Numbered from the stretch's first letter, positions 7,954 through 17,524 are shown. The stretch: DNA of 25,504 nucleotides from Bacteriovoracaceae bacterium (GCA_041586955.1 JBFGZE010000044.1:1-25504), one strand, 5' to 3'. The notes: a model not told the origin generated them from the letters alone. Program-made: numbers and translations.

Positions 7954-8565
7954 CTATAAGGGCAACTTTAAGTCTTGCTCTACAACCCCTGGTGCCAGTT
8001 TAATAACATCAAAGGTTTTACCATTGGGAGTAAAAAGGCCTTTGTCTGTGACAACTTTATGAACAACACTCAAACCTGTGAGAGGTAGTTCGCATAATTT
8101 TTTAAGTTTGCTTTCTCCTGCTTTATTAAAATGAGTCATCATGATAATCACTTCTTTGGCCCCGTTGACCAAATCCATTGCACCACCCATACCAGTTACT
8201 TTTTTTCCAGGAATCATCCAATTGGCGAGGTTACCTTTAGTATCCACTTCCATTCCGCCCAGGACACAGAAGTCTAAATGCCCGCCACGAATCATGCCAA
8301 AGCTGAGGGCGCTATCAAAGAAGCTAGCACCTTTGGCAATGGATATTGTTTCCTTTCCGGCATTGATAAGTGTAGGGGAGACTTCATCTTTTGCAGGTCT
8401 TCCCTCGACCCCTAGTACACCATTTTCAGAGTGTATAATAATATCTAATGTTTTGGGGATTCTTTCTGCGATAATCGTTGGTAGACCAATCCCTAAATTA
8501 ACAGAGCAGCTATTGGAAAAAAGGGAGATGACTTCATCGGCCATTTGGTTTTTATTCCAACTCAT
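7954..8565 (-). CDS. scoB: 3-oxoacid CoA-transferase subunit B
   Basis: Motifs VNLGIGLPT, SENG (catalytic Glu), IRGGHLD, GNLANW and GMGGAMDL. Confidence 0.93.
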   Translation of the reverse strand: MSWNKNQMADEVISLFSNSCSVNLGIGLPTIIAERIPKTLDIIIHSENGVLGVEGRPAKDEVSPTLINAGKETISIAKGASFFDSALSFGMIRGGHLDFCVLGGMEVDTKGNLANWMIPGKKVTGMGGAMDLVNGAKEVIIMMTHFNKAGESKLKKLCELPLTGLSVVHKVVTDKGLFTPNGKTFDVIKLAPGVVEQDLKLPL

Positions 8566-9260
8566 TATTGATCCTTCGTTACGAGGTATTCGATTTCGTT
8601 TTTATAGTTTTGACCTTGAAAGATTCTTTGGACAAAAATGCCCGGCAGGTGGACATCTTCGGCCGGTATTTCCCCAAGTTCGACCAATTCTTCGACCTCA
8701 ACGATGGTGACTTTTGCGGCCATGGCCATGAGAGGAGAGAAGTTACGAGCGGTTTCTTTAAACCATAGATTGCCAAAGGTGTCGCTTTTTTGGGCCTTAA
8801 TAATCGCAAAGTCTGCATGAAGCGCCTCCTCCAAAATGCAAGGGCGATCAAAGGTTTTGACCTCCTTGCCCTCGGCGATCAAGGTTCCAACTCCTGTTGG
8901 GGTATAGAAAGCGCGGATACCAAGTCCCGCGGCACGGATACGCTCTGAAAAGGTTCCCTGGGGGATCAATTCTACTTCCACTTCACCGCGAAGCATTTGT
9001 TCTTCTAGATCAGGGTTTCCCCCGACATAACTACAATAGGCCTTTGATATTTGATGATTTTTAAGTAACTTAACTAGGCCACGACCGGAGTTTCCTATAT
9101 TATTAGAAATAATGGCAAGCTCTGTGAGATCTTTCCGCTGCGCTAGAGCATCGATACAATTTTCAGCAATGCCGCAAAGTCCGAAACCTCCACTCATCAA
9201 GGTTTGACCACTTTTAATATCAAATATGGCCGACTGAGCGTCTTTAAAAATTTTTGTCAT
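8565..9260 (-). CDS. scoA: 3-oxoacid CoA-transferase subunit A
   Basis: Motifs GGFGLCG, ISNN, SYVG, PQGTFSERIRAAG, FYTPTGVGT and VHLPGIFV. Confidence 0.93.
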   Translation of the reverse strand: MTKIFKDAQSAIFDIKSGQTLMSGGFGLCGIAENCIDALAQRKDLTELAIISNNIGNSGRGLVKLLKNHQISKAYCSYVGGNPDLEEQMLRGEVEVELIPQGTFSERIRAAGLGIRAFYTPTGVGTLIAEGKEVKTFDRPCILEEALHADFAIIKAQKSDTFGNLWFKETARNFSPLMAMAAKVTIVEVEELVELGEIPAEDVHLPGIFVQRIFQGQNYKNEIEYLVTKDQ

Positions 9261-10444
9261 GATTTCCTTCCTTGAATGATGTCGCTTATGATTTTCATAC
9301 CACGCTGAAGATCATTGAAAGGCATATTTAAGGCCGGTGCGACGATGAGGTTTTTGGGAGCAGTAATCATATAGAGCCCGTGCTTTAAGAATGTGCTCCA
9401 TTCGACATCAATAGTTAAGGCAATATTGGCAATCATGCCAATGTTTCTAATACTGCTAACCTGGGGCAATTGTTCTAAAAGTTTTAGATGGCCGGTAAAT
9501 TGACTGATCAATTGATTAAGATGAGGTAAAAATTCTTGCTGGTTGATTAAATTTTGTGTCCCAATTCCTGCGGCCAAAGTCAAGGGGTGCCCATAATTTG
9601 TAAGTCCGGCCGGAAGTATATGTTTATCAAAAAAATCTGCAATAGAAGGAGTCGTCCAAACGGCGCCGAGAGGGGCCATCCCGCCACTTAGCGCCTTGGC
9701 CAAGCAAATAAAATCGGGTTTTAAAAATGGGTAATGATGAAAACCAAAGGCCTTGCCGGTACGATAAAGTCCACAGACGACCTCGTCGAGAATGAGAAAT
9801 ATATTAAACTCATCACAGAGATCCTGGATCCCTTTATACCACATCTGAGATGGAATGATGACACCATTTCCGCCGGTAATTGTTTCCAAACAAATCGCAG
9901 CGATATTTTCTGGCCCATGATCGAGAATTATTTGGCGGGTTTGACTGAGAGTCGGATCATTTTCTGGCTCCGGAATGCGAACCGTCCACTCATCAACTGT
10001 GCTAATCGCCTGATTGCGCCAATCCCCACTAATACTAATCGCGCCAAGGGTAGCACCATGATAGGAGTTTTTTCGCGCTAAAACTTTATTTTTTCCTTTA
10101 ATGAAGCGTGCCATCTTAAGCGCATTTTCAATGGATTCTGCACCTGAAAGTGTGAAGAAAATTTTCCCAGGCCTTTCAATTTTATCTATTAGAGAGTTGG
10201 CGAGACTCTCTTTTTCGGTAAAAATGGCCTTCGGTGATGCCGCCAAAAAGCGGTCAGTTTGTTCTTTGATGCGGTCAATAATGATTTGTGGGGAGAGTCC
10301 AAAGGATAGGTGATAACTGGTGGAGACCATATCCAAAATTGCCTGGTCATCTTCTGTTATATAATGAAATGCATCGACCCCTTTAATTTTAAAGCAATTT
10401 GCCATACTTTGATTTTGCCAAGTTAAGTAAAAGGGGGAGCTCAT
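9257..10444 (-). CDS. Class III PLP-dependent omega-aminotransferase (beta-alanine/taurine transaminase-like)
   Basis: Motifs FFTLSGAESIENALK, SYHGATLGAISISGD, ILDEVVCG, LAKALSGG (PLP Lys) and GLTNYGHP. Confidence 0.9.
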   Translation of the reverse strand: MSSPFYLTWQNQSMANCFKIKGVDAFHYITEDDQAILDMVSTSYHLSFGLSPQIIIDRIKEQTDRFLAASPKAIFTEKESLANSLIDKIERPGKIFFTLSGAESIENALKMARFIKGKNKVLARKNSYHGATLGAISISGDWRNQAISTVDEWTVRIPEPENDPTLSQTRQIILDHGPENIAAICLETITGGNGVIIPSQMWYKGIQDLCDEFNIFLILDEVVCGLYRTGKAFGFHHYPFLKPDFICLAKALSGGMAPLGAVWTTPSIADFFDKHILPAGLTNYGHPLTLAAGIGTQNLINQQEFLPHLNQLISQFTGHLKLLEQLPQVSSIRNIGMIANIALTIDVEWSTFLKHGLYMITAPKNLIVAPALNMPFNDLQRGMKIISDIIQGRKS

Positions 10445-11557
10445 TTATTCCTTCCTACGAAAAGTTTTTTTTCCAGCGTTGTCACTAATGGTAAAATGAT
10501 ATTCTTTATAATTGTCGTCATAAGTTGGGCAGCCTCGCCAAAAAGAGGAGATCCCATCGCTTAAGTTTGCAATGCCACCCCCACAAGTTGTTGAAGGGTC
10601 TTGGGCACCAGATTCATAATGTGAACAAAGGCTCATTGGATAGTTATCGTGGTTTTGGAATAAGTTCTTAAGGTCAGAAAGGGTTCGCACTTGATTTGCT
10701 TTTTCTGTTAATAATTCAAATCTTTTATGAGTTGTTGAGCTGATGGAGTCTTTCATTTCCATAGTTTGAATCACGTCACCTAGGCAATGATTGGTGTGAA
10801 AAGCGTAAGGTTTGTCAGCACTAGTTTGGCCAACACATTCAGAATGGTTTGGAGTGACTTCCCAGTGCTCTCCAATAGATGGGTCAGAGACGATATAATT
10901 ATGGCCGCTCGTTACTGGAGAGTTTTTGAGCATATCGTCCATTTCTCTGACAGATTGTTTTTCGAGTAGTGCACGAACAAAGACTGGCCAAATGATCCCC
11001 GCTTTGGCGTTCTGAGTATTAATATTATTAACGCCGACTAGGCAATTGTTGGTGTTGATCCCCATTAAGGCCGGACAACCTACCAATGATAAACAAAGAA
11101 GTTCGGAGCTTTTATTTGTCTCTGGGACACGAATAAGACAAAGAAAATCTTTTGCTGATTGGTGCATATCCCATGTTTGACCTGACAATTCACCTTCCGG
11201 CGTGCGAATATGCATGGTGGAGCACCCTTCCTCGGGCAACTCAATATCTCTAAAGTCTGTGTAGTTATTGAGAATGACTATCTCTTCTAAAGAAAGATTC
11301 GCACCTTGGCGGATACCTTCTAATTCGTCACACCAATGAGGCGCAAAATCTTTAGTCACGTCCCATTGGGCCTGGGCCAAGGGCGCCAGGTGATTTTTTA
11401 AAAGAGGGTTTTTGTTTAACATAAGCTCTTGTCGAATATTCGCTAACTCTCTTATGCTCTCGCGAAAGGCCTCGCCGTGGGCCAGACCCCACTCAAGAAA
11501 TGTGTCACCATATTTGTATTCTATAAAAGGGAAACCTTGGTCCATGTTTTTATCCAT
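10445..11557 (-). CDS. Peptidase C45 autoproteolytic Ntn acyltransferase/hydrolase (isopenicillin-N acyltransferase/Tan family)
   Basis: N-terminal WGLAHGE, autocleavage site G111-C112 (EEG/CST), GQTWD and HTNH. Confidence 0.88.
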   Translation of the reverse strand: MDKNMDQGFPFIEYKYGDTFLEWGLAHGEAFRESIRELANIRQELMLNKNPLLKNHLAPLAQAQWDVTKDFAPHWCDELEGIRQGANLSLEEIVILNNYTDFRDIELPEEGCSTMHIRTPEGELSGQTWDMHQSAKDFLCLIRVPETNKSSELLCLSLVGCPALMGINTNNCLVGVNNINTQNAKAGIIWPVFVRALLEKQSVREMDDMLKNSPVTSGHNYIVSDPSIGEHWEVTPNHSECVGQTSADKPYAFHTNHCLGDVIQTMEMKDSISSTTHKRFELLTEKANQVRTLSDLKNLFQNHDNYPMSLCSHYESGAQDPSTTCGGGIANLSDGISSFWRGCPTYDDNYKEYHFTISDNAGKKTFRRKE

Positions 11558-14500
11558 TTGTTATCATTTTGGAAAATTGTTGCATTTGAGCTAATGAAGG
11601 GCATACAAAGTAGGTTTGCCCCTCTTTTTTAAAGTACGGTTGATAATGAAGTGGGCAATTTCCTGTAAATTGTCCTTTCCCCCGGTGGAGGAAAATATCG
11701 CTTATACCGAACTCTGTGAGTTTAAGGCGTAAGTCTTTTTCAAATGTATCAATGATACGATTCATTTTCTCGTGATTTTGGTGCCAGCGGTCACAGTATT
11801 GATGATAGAGTGCCATGGCCAACTCATCTCCATCCCAAGTAGAGATCATCATGAGTGGTTTTTCAAGAAAGAGATGATCTTCGATAAAGACCAATGCCCC
11901 TTGACCTCCTAGCCAGAAAAAGCCTCCGTCTGGTGTAATTTCCGGATCGCTTGCAGCGAGGAAAGTGTCTTGGTGATAATGGTAAGCTTTAGAAGCCGTT
12001 TCATTATAGAGTAGAGGTGTCTCATATTTTGTGGCCAACCCTCTTAAACCTTTTAAGAATTCTTTGGGGACAGGTTTAAGAATGTTTTGAGGTAAGGGCT
12101 CAATCCAGATTGCTAAATATTGTTCCTTTTTGAGTTGATCTTCTACACTTTTTAGAACTTGTTGAAAGTTTTCAGTGGTAGGGGTTTCCATTTGGTCGAC
12201 GTCAAAGTAACCAGGTTCCTTATCACAGGTATTTCCTAGCGAGCGACTTAAGAAAGAACCATTACCAAAATGATGACCTTTAAACGTTAAATGCTTGGCC
12301 GATTTTTTCTGCTTAAACCAAATTGTTTTCGCCAATTTATCAACACATTCTGATTGTCCACTGGCGGTAAAACCATGGCGGAGTGACTCTGGTAATAAAT
12401 TGAAAATAGACTCAACGTGAGTTAGGAATTTTTCAGACACAAAATTAGATAAGCAAACTTTATTGTTAATTATTGGCATTAACTCTTTTATTTGTTCTGC
12501 CGTCATTTGTTCCATTCGATGATGAGAATGATGGCCATTCGATAGGTTAATTGATTCTTCTTGCCATTGGGTCTTAATTTCATAAAAGAGAACATCGCGA
12601 TGTTCCTCAAAGTCTGGGTAGTCCTCGGGCATATAGAATAATTCGGTAGCACCTAAAGATTGGTTGATGGCGAGCATACTACCAGCAAGGCGATCTCTGT
12701 TGCGTCCTGTTATTTTTTGAATACCTTTGGAAATGGCAATGGCGATGAGGGCAGATTTAATTTTGCCGCCCATTGAGCGACCTTGGAAATCTGGCCGAAC
12801 AGTCGCATCGAGCATGTAGAGCGCCTTGGGGTTATTAAAATCTGGATCTCGTCTGATACCTCTTTCCAGAGGAGTTAAGGACATTGGTCCGGCAAAGGTC
12901 ATTGCCTTGATAATTCCTTTTTGGCAAAAAGCGAGGGCAATTCCATTTTGGTTCTTGGCCACAGCTTCAAATTTTTCAATGTTGGTTTGTCTGGTCACTT
13001 CATAGACTTGCTCTTGGATTTCTTGAATTTGGCCTTTGAATTGAGAAAAGTTTTGCCCATCTATGACGACTAATTCAATTTCTTCATCTGTGACGAGAAG
13101 ACCGTTAATATGGGCGATGACTTGATCCATTTGAGGCAAATTACCTTGTAATGACTTAAGTTTTAGCTCTGTTAGGTATTCATGCCATTGGTAAAGTGAT
13201 TGAGCACTTTTATTTTTAGTGGCCGCCATTTGTGGTCGCGTACCTTCTACTTGATTAAAGATTTCATTACACAAGGTATCGAGTTGCTCGAATAGGAACT
13301 GGAGGTCTTCTGTTTTGTACGCCGTATTGAGCCTAAAGCGCAGAGTATGTGATCCTGCAGGATAATAAAGAAGTCCAAACTCAAAACGTTTAGCAATAAA
13401 TGTTGGGATAAAATCCTTATTTTTAAAATCAAAGGCAAAGGCCATTCCTTGAAGGCGTGGGCATTCGATATGATCACTATATTTGGTAATTAATTGGTCG
13501 AGCTGTTGTCTGGTTTCATTTTCCAATTGATGGATCTGTTTTTGCATTTGATCGAGGGCCAGCCCATGAGAGAGCCCCCTGATAAGAGAGGCCACCTGAA
13601 ATTCCATTTCTCCTAGGGGAATCGCCGTAGAGCGATGGGGAGATAAAACCATACCGACTTGCGCCTTTTTGGCACAGGTGACGTAATCGGGAAGAAGTGG
13701 TTTGCCAAATTGGTCTTGAAGATTAAAGGCCTTATGCCAAAAAAACTCACGGCCTAAATGAAAACCAGTTTGGACTTCATCATAAATAAGGGGGATATTA
13801 TGGGTGCGTGCCATAATTAAAAGGGCGGTGTGAAAGCGATTGGTACTATAGCGATCTCCACCTTCACATTGCATTGGCTCGATAATTATTGAAAAGACCT
13901 CTTTACTGTCTATGATTGATTTAACCTTTAATAGTGAGTCGATTTCTTTTTCGATTTGAGGGTCTTGTAATAATTTTTTATTAAAGGCCGACTTGGTAAT
14001 AGCGGGGTTTTCCCAATTTTGATGCCAGTCTTGCGGAATTGTGTGAGTGATTTCATCGCCTTTGTACTCGGGGTAGGGCGCGAAGATCGCCTCATGACCT
14101 TCCCAGGCAAAAGGTTCTCTCTTACTTGGGTTCCATGTGGCCTGAAGAGACATCAGCATTCTGCCGTGGAAGGAACCTTCAAAAGCAAGAATTTTTTTCG
14201 CTTCAGGGTAAACTCTTGAGCTATAGCATAGGCCGAGAGCTGTTTCATTGGCCTCCGCACCTGAGTTTGTATAGCGCGAGTAGACTCTCTCCCAATTAAG
14301 TTTTCTTTTGAGAAAAGATTGGCACCCCTTATGGACCTTTAAAATGTTTTTTGAATTAGGGTTATTGGTATAGGATTCCTGAAAATGGGCCGGGGCCATT
14401 AATGGCATGGCGTTAAAGCCTAATCCTAATGTGGCGATCTGACTAGCAGCATCCATCATATAATGGGTCATGCCATTTGGAGCTTGAATGGCCATATAAG

Positions 14501-14633
14501 GGCCAATGGAATTTTTCAAATCAGTGAGATAGGCCTTCTTTTCAGCAGGTATCATATCATTGGCGTAATGTTTGGCCAATATTTCCTTGGCGTAGTTTTC
14601 GCTTTCTTGATTGATGAGTGGTAAATTTTCCAT
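11550..14633 (-). CDS. Three-domain fusion: Lat/GABA-AT-like class III aminotransferase + GNAT acetyltransferase + catalytically degenerate second aminotransferase domain
   Basis: Residues 1-460 carry SGAEANE, SFHGR, EPMQCEGGD, DEVQTG, AKKAQVG and TLRFR. Residues ~515-690 carry GNAT motif A TVRPDFQGRSMG. Residues ~695-1027 carry SGQSECVDK, IWIEP, NETAS and ISTWDG. Confidence 0.85.
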   Translation of the reverse strand: MENLPLINQESENYAKEILAKHYANDMIPAEKKAYLTDLKNSIGPYMAIQAPNGMTHYMMDAASQIATLGLGFNAMPLMAPAHFQESYTNNPNSKNILKVHKGCQSFLKRKLNWERVYSRYTNSGAEANETALGLCYSSRVYPEAKKILAFEGSFHGRMLMSLQATWNPSKREPFAWEGHEAIFAPYPEYKGDEITHTIPQDWHQNWENPAITKSAFNKKLLQDPQIEKEIDSLLKVKSIIDSKEVFSIIIEPMQCEGGDRYSTNRFHTALLIMARTHNIPLIYDEVQTGFHLGREFFWHKAFNLQDQFGKPLLPDYVTCAKKAQVGMVLSPHRSTAIPLGEMEFQVASLIRGLSHGLALDQMQKQIHQLENETRQQLDQLITKYSDHIECPRLQGMAFAFDFKNKDFIPTFIAKRFEFGLLYYPAGSHTLRFRLNTAYKTEDLQFLFEQLDTLCNEIFNQVEGTRPQMAATKNKSAQSLYQWHEYLTELKLKSLQGNLPQMDQVIAHINGLLVTDEEIELVVIDGQNFSQFKGQIQEIQEQVYEVTRQTNIEKFEAVAKNQNGIALAFCQKGIIKAMTFAGPMSLTPLERGIRRDPDFNNPKALYMLDATVRPDFQGRSMGGKIKSALIAIAISKGIQKITGRNRDRLAGSMLAINQSLGATELFYMPEDYPDFEEHRDVLFYEIKTQWQEESINLSNGHHSHHRMEQMTAEQIKELMPIINNKVCLSNFVSEKFLTHVESIFNLLPESLRHGFTASGQSECVDKLAKTIWFKQKKSAKHLTFKGHHFGNGSFLSRSLGNTCDKEPGYFDVDQMETPTTENFQQVLKSVEDQLKKEQYLAIWIEPLPQNILKPVPKEFLKGLRGLATKYETPLLYNETASKAYHYHQDTFLAASDPEITPDGGFFWLGGQGALVFIEDHLFLEKPLMMISTWDGDELAMALYHQYCDRWHQNHEKMNRIIDTFEKDLRLKLTEFGISDIFLHRGKGQFTGNCPLHYQPYFKKEGQTYFVCPSLAQMQQFSKMITNG

Positions 14634-14641
14634 AAGGGCCT

Positions 14642-15640
14642 CTATGATGGAGAAAGGGTTAGGTTTATTTTTTCTTCTAGAAATTGTTGATAAGAATGAC
14701 CATGGTTCTCTAATAAAGTTGGAAACATGGAGATTGGGGTATGACCAGGAAAGGTATTGATCTCATTAATATAGAATTGCCCATCTGTGGTCAGAAAAAA
14801 ATCGATTCTTGCTAGGTCTTTGAGCTTAAGTCCTTTAAAGGCCTTGATGGAATTGATCTGAAGTGCCTCAATAATTTCAGGAGTTAAATTCGGTGCTGGA
14901 CAAAGCGTCTTAGTATGACTTTGCTTACTGTATTTTTCTTCATAGGTGTAAAAACCTTTAGGGCAAATAACTTCACCTGGTTGGGTCGCGATGACTTTAT
15001 TTTCAAATTCATAGGTCGCGATTTCCAATTCTCGACCTATAATGGTTTTTTCTAATAGGACGTAGGGTGATAAGGCCAATGCTTTTCTCAGCGCCGGTAC
15101 TAGTTCATCGGCATCCGTCACATGGTAACAACCAATAGAAGAGCCCTGGCTTGATGCTTTAACAAAAATATCACCATACTCCTTAAAGAAAGTGCTTGCC
15201 TTGTCGATTTCATCAGAGTCTAAATTATTGATAAAACAAAATGGCGAATTGGGAATATCCAATTGGGTCAACCATAACTTTGTAGAGATTTTATTAAAAC
15301 AAAGAGTACTTGCTTCCGGACCACTACCAAGATAGGGAAGACTCATTAACTCAAAGACACTCTGGATATGACCTGTCTCCCCTGGTGGGCCATGAAAGCA
15401 CGGTATGGCAAAGTCGAGGTGGTACTGACCTTCATTGGTTGTAAGCGTTTTATCTTTTCTAAGCTCGACCTCAAGACCTCTAGCATCAACACGAGTTCCG
15501 TCTGGTTTTATTTCTACCCAATGGCACCGGGTATTAGGGATTGCATCCAATTTTTCTTGGAGGAAGCGGGCAGAAATTAATGAAATGTCGTGCTCGCTAC
15601 CACCGCCTCCACACATGAGGAGGATATTTTTGTCTGTCAT
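14642..15640 (-). CDS. ddl: D-alanine--D-alanine ligase
   Basis: Motifs GGGGSEHDISL, HGPPGETG, KASSQGSSIG, FYTYEEKY, RIDFF and NEINTFPG. ATG 15640 has an AAGGA SD. Confidence 0.95.
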   Translation of the reverse strand: MTDKNILLMCGGGGSEHDISLISARFLQEKLDAIPNTRCHWVEIKPDGTRVDARGLEVELRKDKTLTTNEGQYHLDFAIPCFHGPPGETGHIQSVFELMSLPYLGSGPEASTLCFNKISTKLWLTQLDIPNSPFCFINNLDSDEIDKASTFFKEYGDIFVKASSQGSSIGCYHVTDADELVPALRKALALSPYVLLEKTIIGRELEIATYEFENKVIATQPGEVICPKGFYTYEEKYSKQSHTKTLCPAPNLTPEIIEALQINSIKAFKGLKLKDLARIDFFLTTDGQFYINEINTFPGHTPISMFPTLLENHGHSYQQFLEEKINLTLSPS

Positions 15641-15661
15641 GAGCAATCCTTTGTCCTTTAG

Positions 15662-17410
15662 TTAGCGAAGGGCATCCGGCATTTTTTGGGCGCTGAGCTC
15701 ATCAAACTTAGCGTTAAGTTCCTCAATCGATAAAGACTCCGAACTTCTCTCTCCATAGGCCCGAATACTAACTGTTTTTTCTTCCATTTCACGATCCCCT
15801 ATAACTAGCATAAAGGGAACTTTTGCTTTTTGAATTTGACGAGTCTTATAGCCCATCGTTTCGTTGCGATCATCGACTCGAATACGGAAGCCTTTTGACA
15901 TCCACTTTTGGCAAAGGTCATTGGCGTATTCTAAGTGCTGTTCATTATTAACAGGGACAATGACTGCTTGTTCTGGAGCTAACCAAAATGGAAAGGCACC
16001 TGCAATATGTTCTAAGTAAACGCCAAAAAAGCGTTCTAATGACCCTAATAAGGCGCGATGGATTACAACGGGACGCTCGTCATTTCCTTCAGCATTCGTA
16101 TATTTAAGGTCAAAACGTTCAGGCAGCTGAAAGTCTAATTGTATTGTTCCCAATTGGTAGTAACGCCCTAAAGCATCAGAAATTTCTACATCTATTTTTG
16201 GCCCATAGAAAGCACCATCACCTTCTTTAATCGCATAGTCATGACCACTTTTTTCCAGTGCCGACCTTAAAGCGTTTTCGGCCTTGTCCCATGTTGCATC
16301 GTCACCGGCCTTTTTTTCTGGGCGAGTGGATAGATTGACCTTTATATTTGGGAATTTAAAATGGTTATAGCAAACGAAAAACATTTCCATTAGGTTAACG
16401 ATTTCTTTTTCTATTCCATCGATGTCGATAAATATATGGGCGTCATCTTGGCAAAAGGTGCGCACGCGAGTGAGTCCTCCCAGGGCCCCAGCTTTTTCGT
16501 AGCGGTGAAGGCGACCAAAATCGGCATAACGAAGAGGGAGGTCTCTATAGCTGTATTTATAATGTTTAAACATCAGCATATGGCAGGGGCAGTTCATTGG
16601 TTTTACTGCATATTCACGCTCATCGATATTAGAAAAGTACATATTCTCTTTGTAGTGAGCGTAATGACCGCTTGTATGCCATAGGTCTGAATCAAGAATT
16701 TGGGGAGTAATGACTTCATCGTATCCAAAACGGTGATAAATTCTTCTCATGAAGTCGACCAATTCATTATAAACTGTTGCACCCTTAGGCATAAAAAACG
16801 GAGAGCCAGGTGCAACTGTTTCGAAATGAAATAACTCCAATTCTTTACCTAGTTTACGATGGTCTCTTTTCTTTGCCTCTTGAAGGAATGTTAGATAATC
16901 CTTTAATTCGTTGCGGTCAGCAAAGGAAGCAGCGTAAATCCTTTGAAGCATTTGGTTATTGGAATCCCCACGCCAATAGGCACCTGCAGTGTGGAGCAAT
17001 TTAAAACTCATAGGTAATTGAGAGGTGTTTTCAACATGAGGTCCACGGCATAGATCAATAAAATCACCCTGTTTATAGCACGTGATTTCATCACCTTCGG
17101 GAATCGCTTCAATCAATTCTACCTTGAGGGTTTGGCCTTTATCTTGAAAAAAACGAATGGCCTCATCCCGTTGCATGACAATTCTCTCAACCGGGATTTT
17201 CTCTTTGATAATTGCTTTCATTAACTTTTCGATTTTTTTAAGGTCTTCATCTGTTAGGCGATGATCCATATCAATATCATAGTAAAAGCCATTATCAATG
17301 ACAGGGCCAACTCCAAATTGAACATGACTATCTGGCCATAATCGTTCAATTGCTTGGGCCATGAGGTGCGCACTTGTGTGTCTAATGGTATCAATATCGA
17401 ATTTTGGCAT
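15662..17410 (-). CDS. thrS: Threonine--tRNA ligase, short form without N-terminal TGS domain
   Basis: Motifs RHTSAHL, DLCRGPH, RDHRKLG, KPMNCP, GAFYGPKID and IHRALLGSLERF. ATG 17410 follows a GGAG SD. Confidence 0.97.
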   Translation of the reverse strand: MPKFDIDTIRHTSAHLMAQAIERLWPDSHVQFGVGPVIDNGFYYDIDMDHRLTDEDLKKIEKLMKAIIKEKIPVERIVMQRDEAIRFFQDKGQTLKVELIEAIPEGDEITCYKQGDFIDLCRGPHVENTSQLPMSFKLLHTAGAYWRGDSNNQMLQRIYAASFADRNELKDYLTFLQEAKKRDHRKLGKELELFHFETVAPGSPFFMPKGATVYNELVDFMRRIYHRFGYDEVITPQILDSDLWHTSGHYAHYKENMYFSNIDEREYAVKPMNCPCHMLMFKHYKYSYRDLPLRYADFGRLHRYEKAGALGGLTRVRTFCQDDAHIFIDIDGIEKEIVNLMEMFFVCYNHFKFPNIKVNLSTRPEKKAGDDATWDKAENALRSALEKSGHDYAIKEGDGAFYGPKIDVEISDALGRYYQLGTIQLDFQLPERFDLKYTNAEGNDERPVVIHRALLGSLERFFGVYLEHIAGAFPFWLAPEQAVIVPVNNEQHLEYANDLCQKWMSKGFRIRVDDRNETMGYKTRQIQKAKVPFMLVIGDREMEEKTVSIRAYGERSSESLSIEELNAKFDELSAQKMPDALR

Positions 17411-17524
17411 ACTTAGGGCTCCATCAAAGAAAAAAATCACCTATTTTGGCAAAGTAACATATCAATGGAGTCCTTATAAATCAATGAGTTAAAATGACCT
17501 TTTTACATAGAAATCAGAAGGTTT

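Noticed and set aside
8141..8851. Overlapping alternative ORFs (8141-8710 +, 8568-8768 +, 8579-8851 -, 8638-8820 +)
   Set aside because: Antisense or off-frame shadows of the well-conserved scoA/scoB genes, with no motifs.
10445..11557. Beta-lactam biosynthesis suggested by an isopenicillin-N acyltransferase homologue next to a Lat-like enzyme
   Set aside because: No ACV synthetase, IPNS or NRPS is present in the window, and C45 proteins are widespread with other functions.
14642..15640. Van-type D-Ala-D-Lac ligase
   Set aside because: The omega loop FYTYEEKY retains the Tyr typical of D-Ala-D-Ala ligases, and no vanH/vanX is adjacent.
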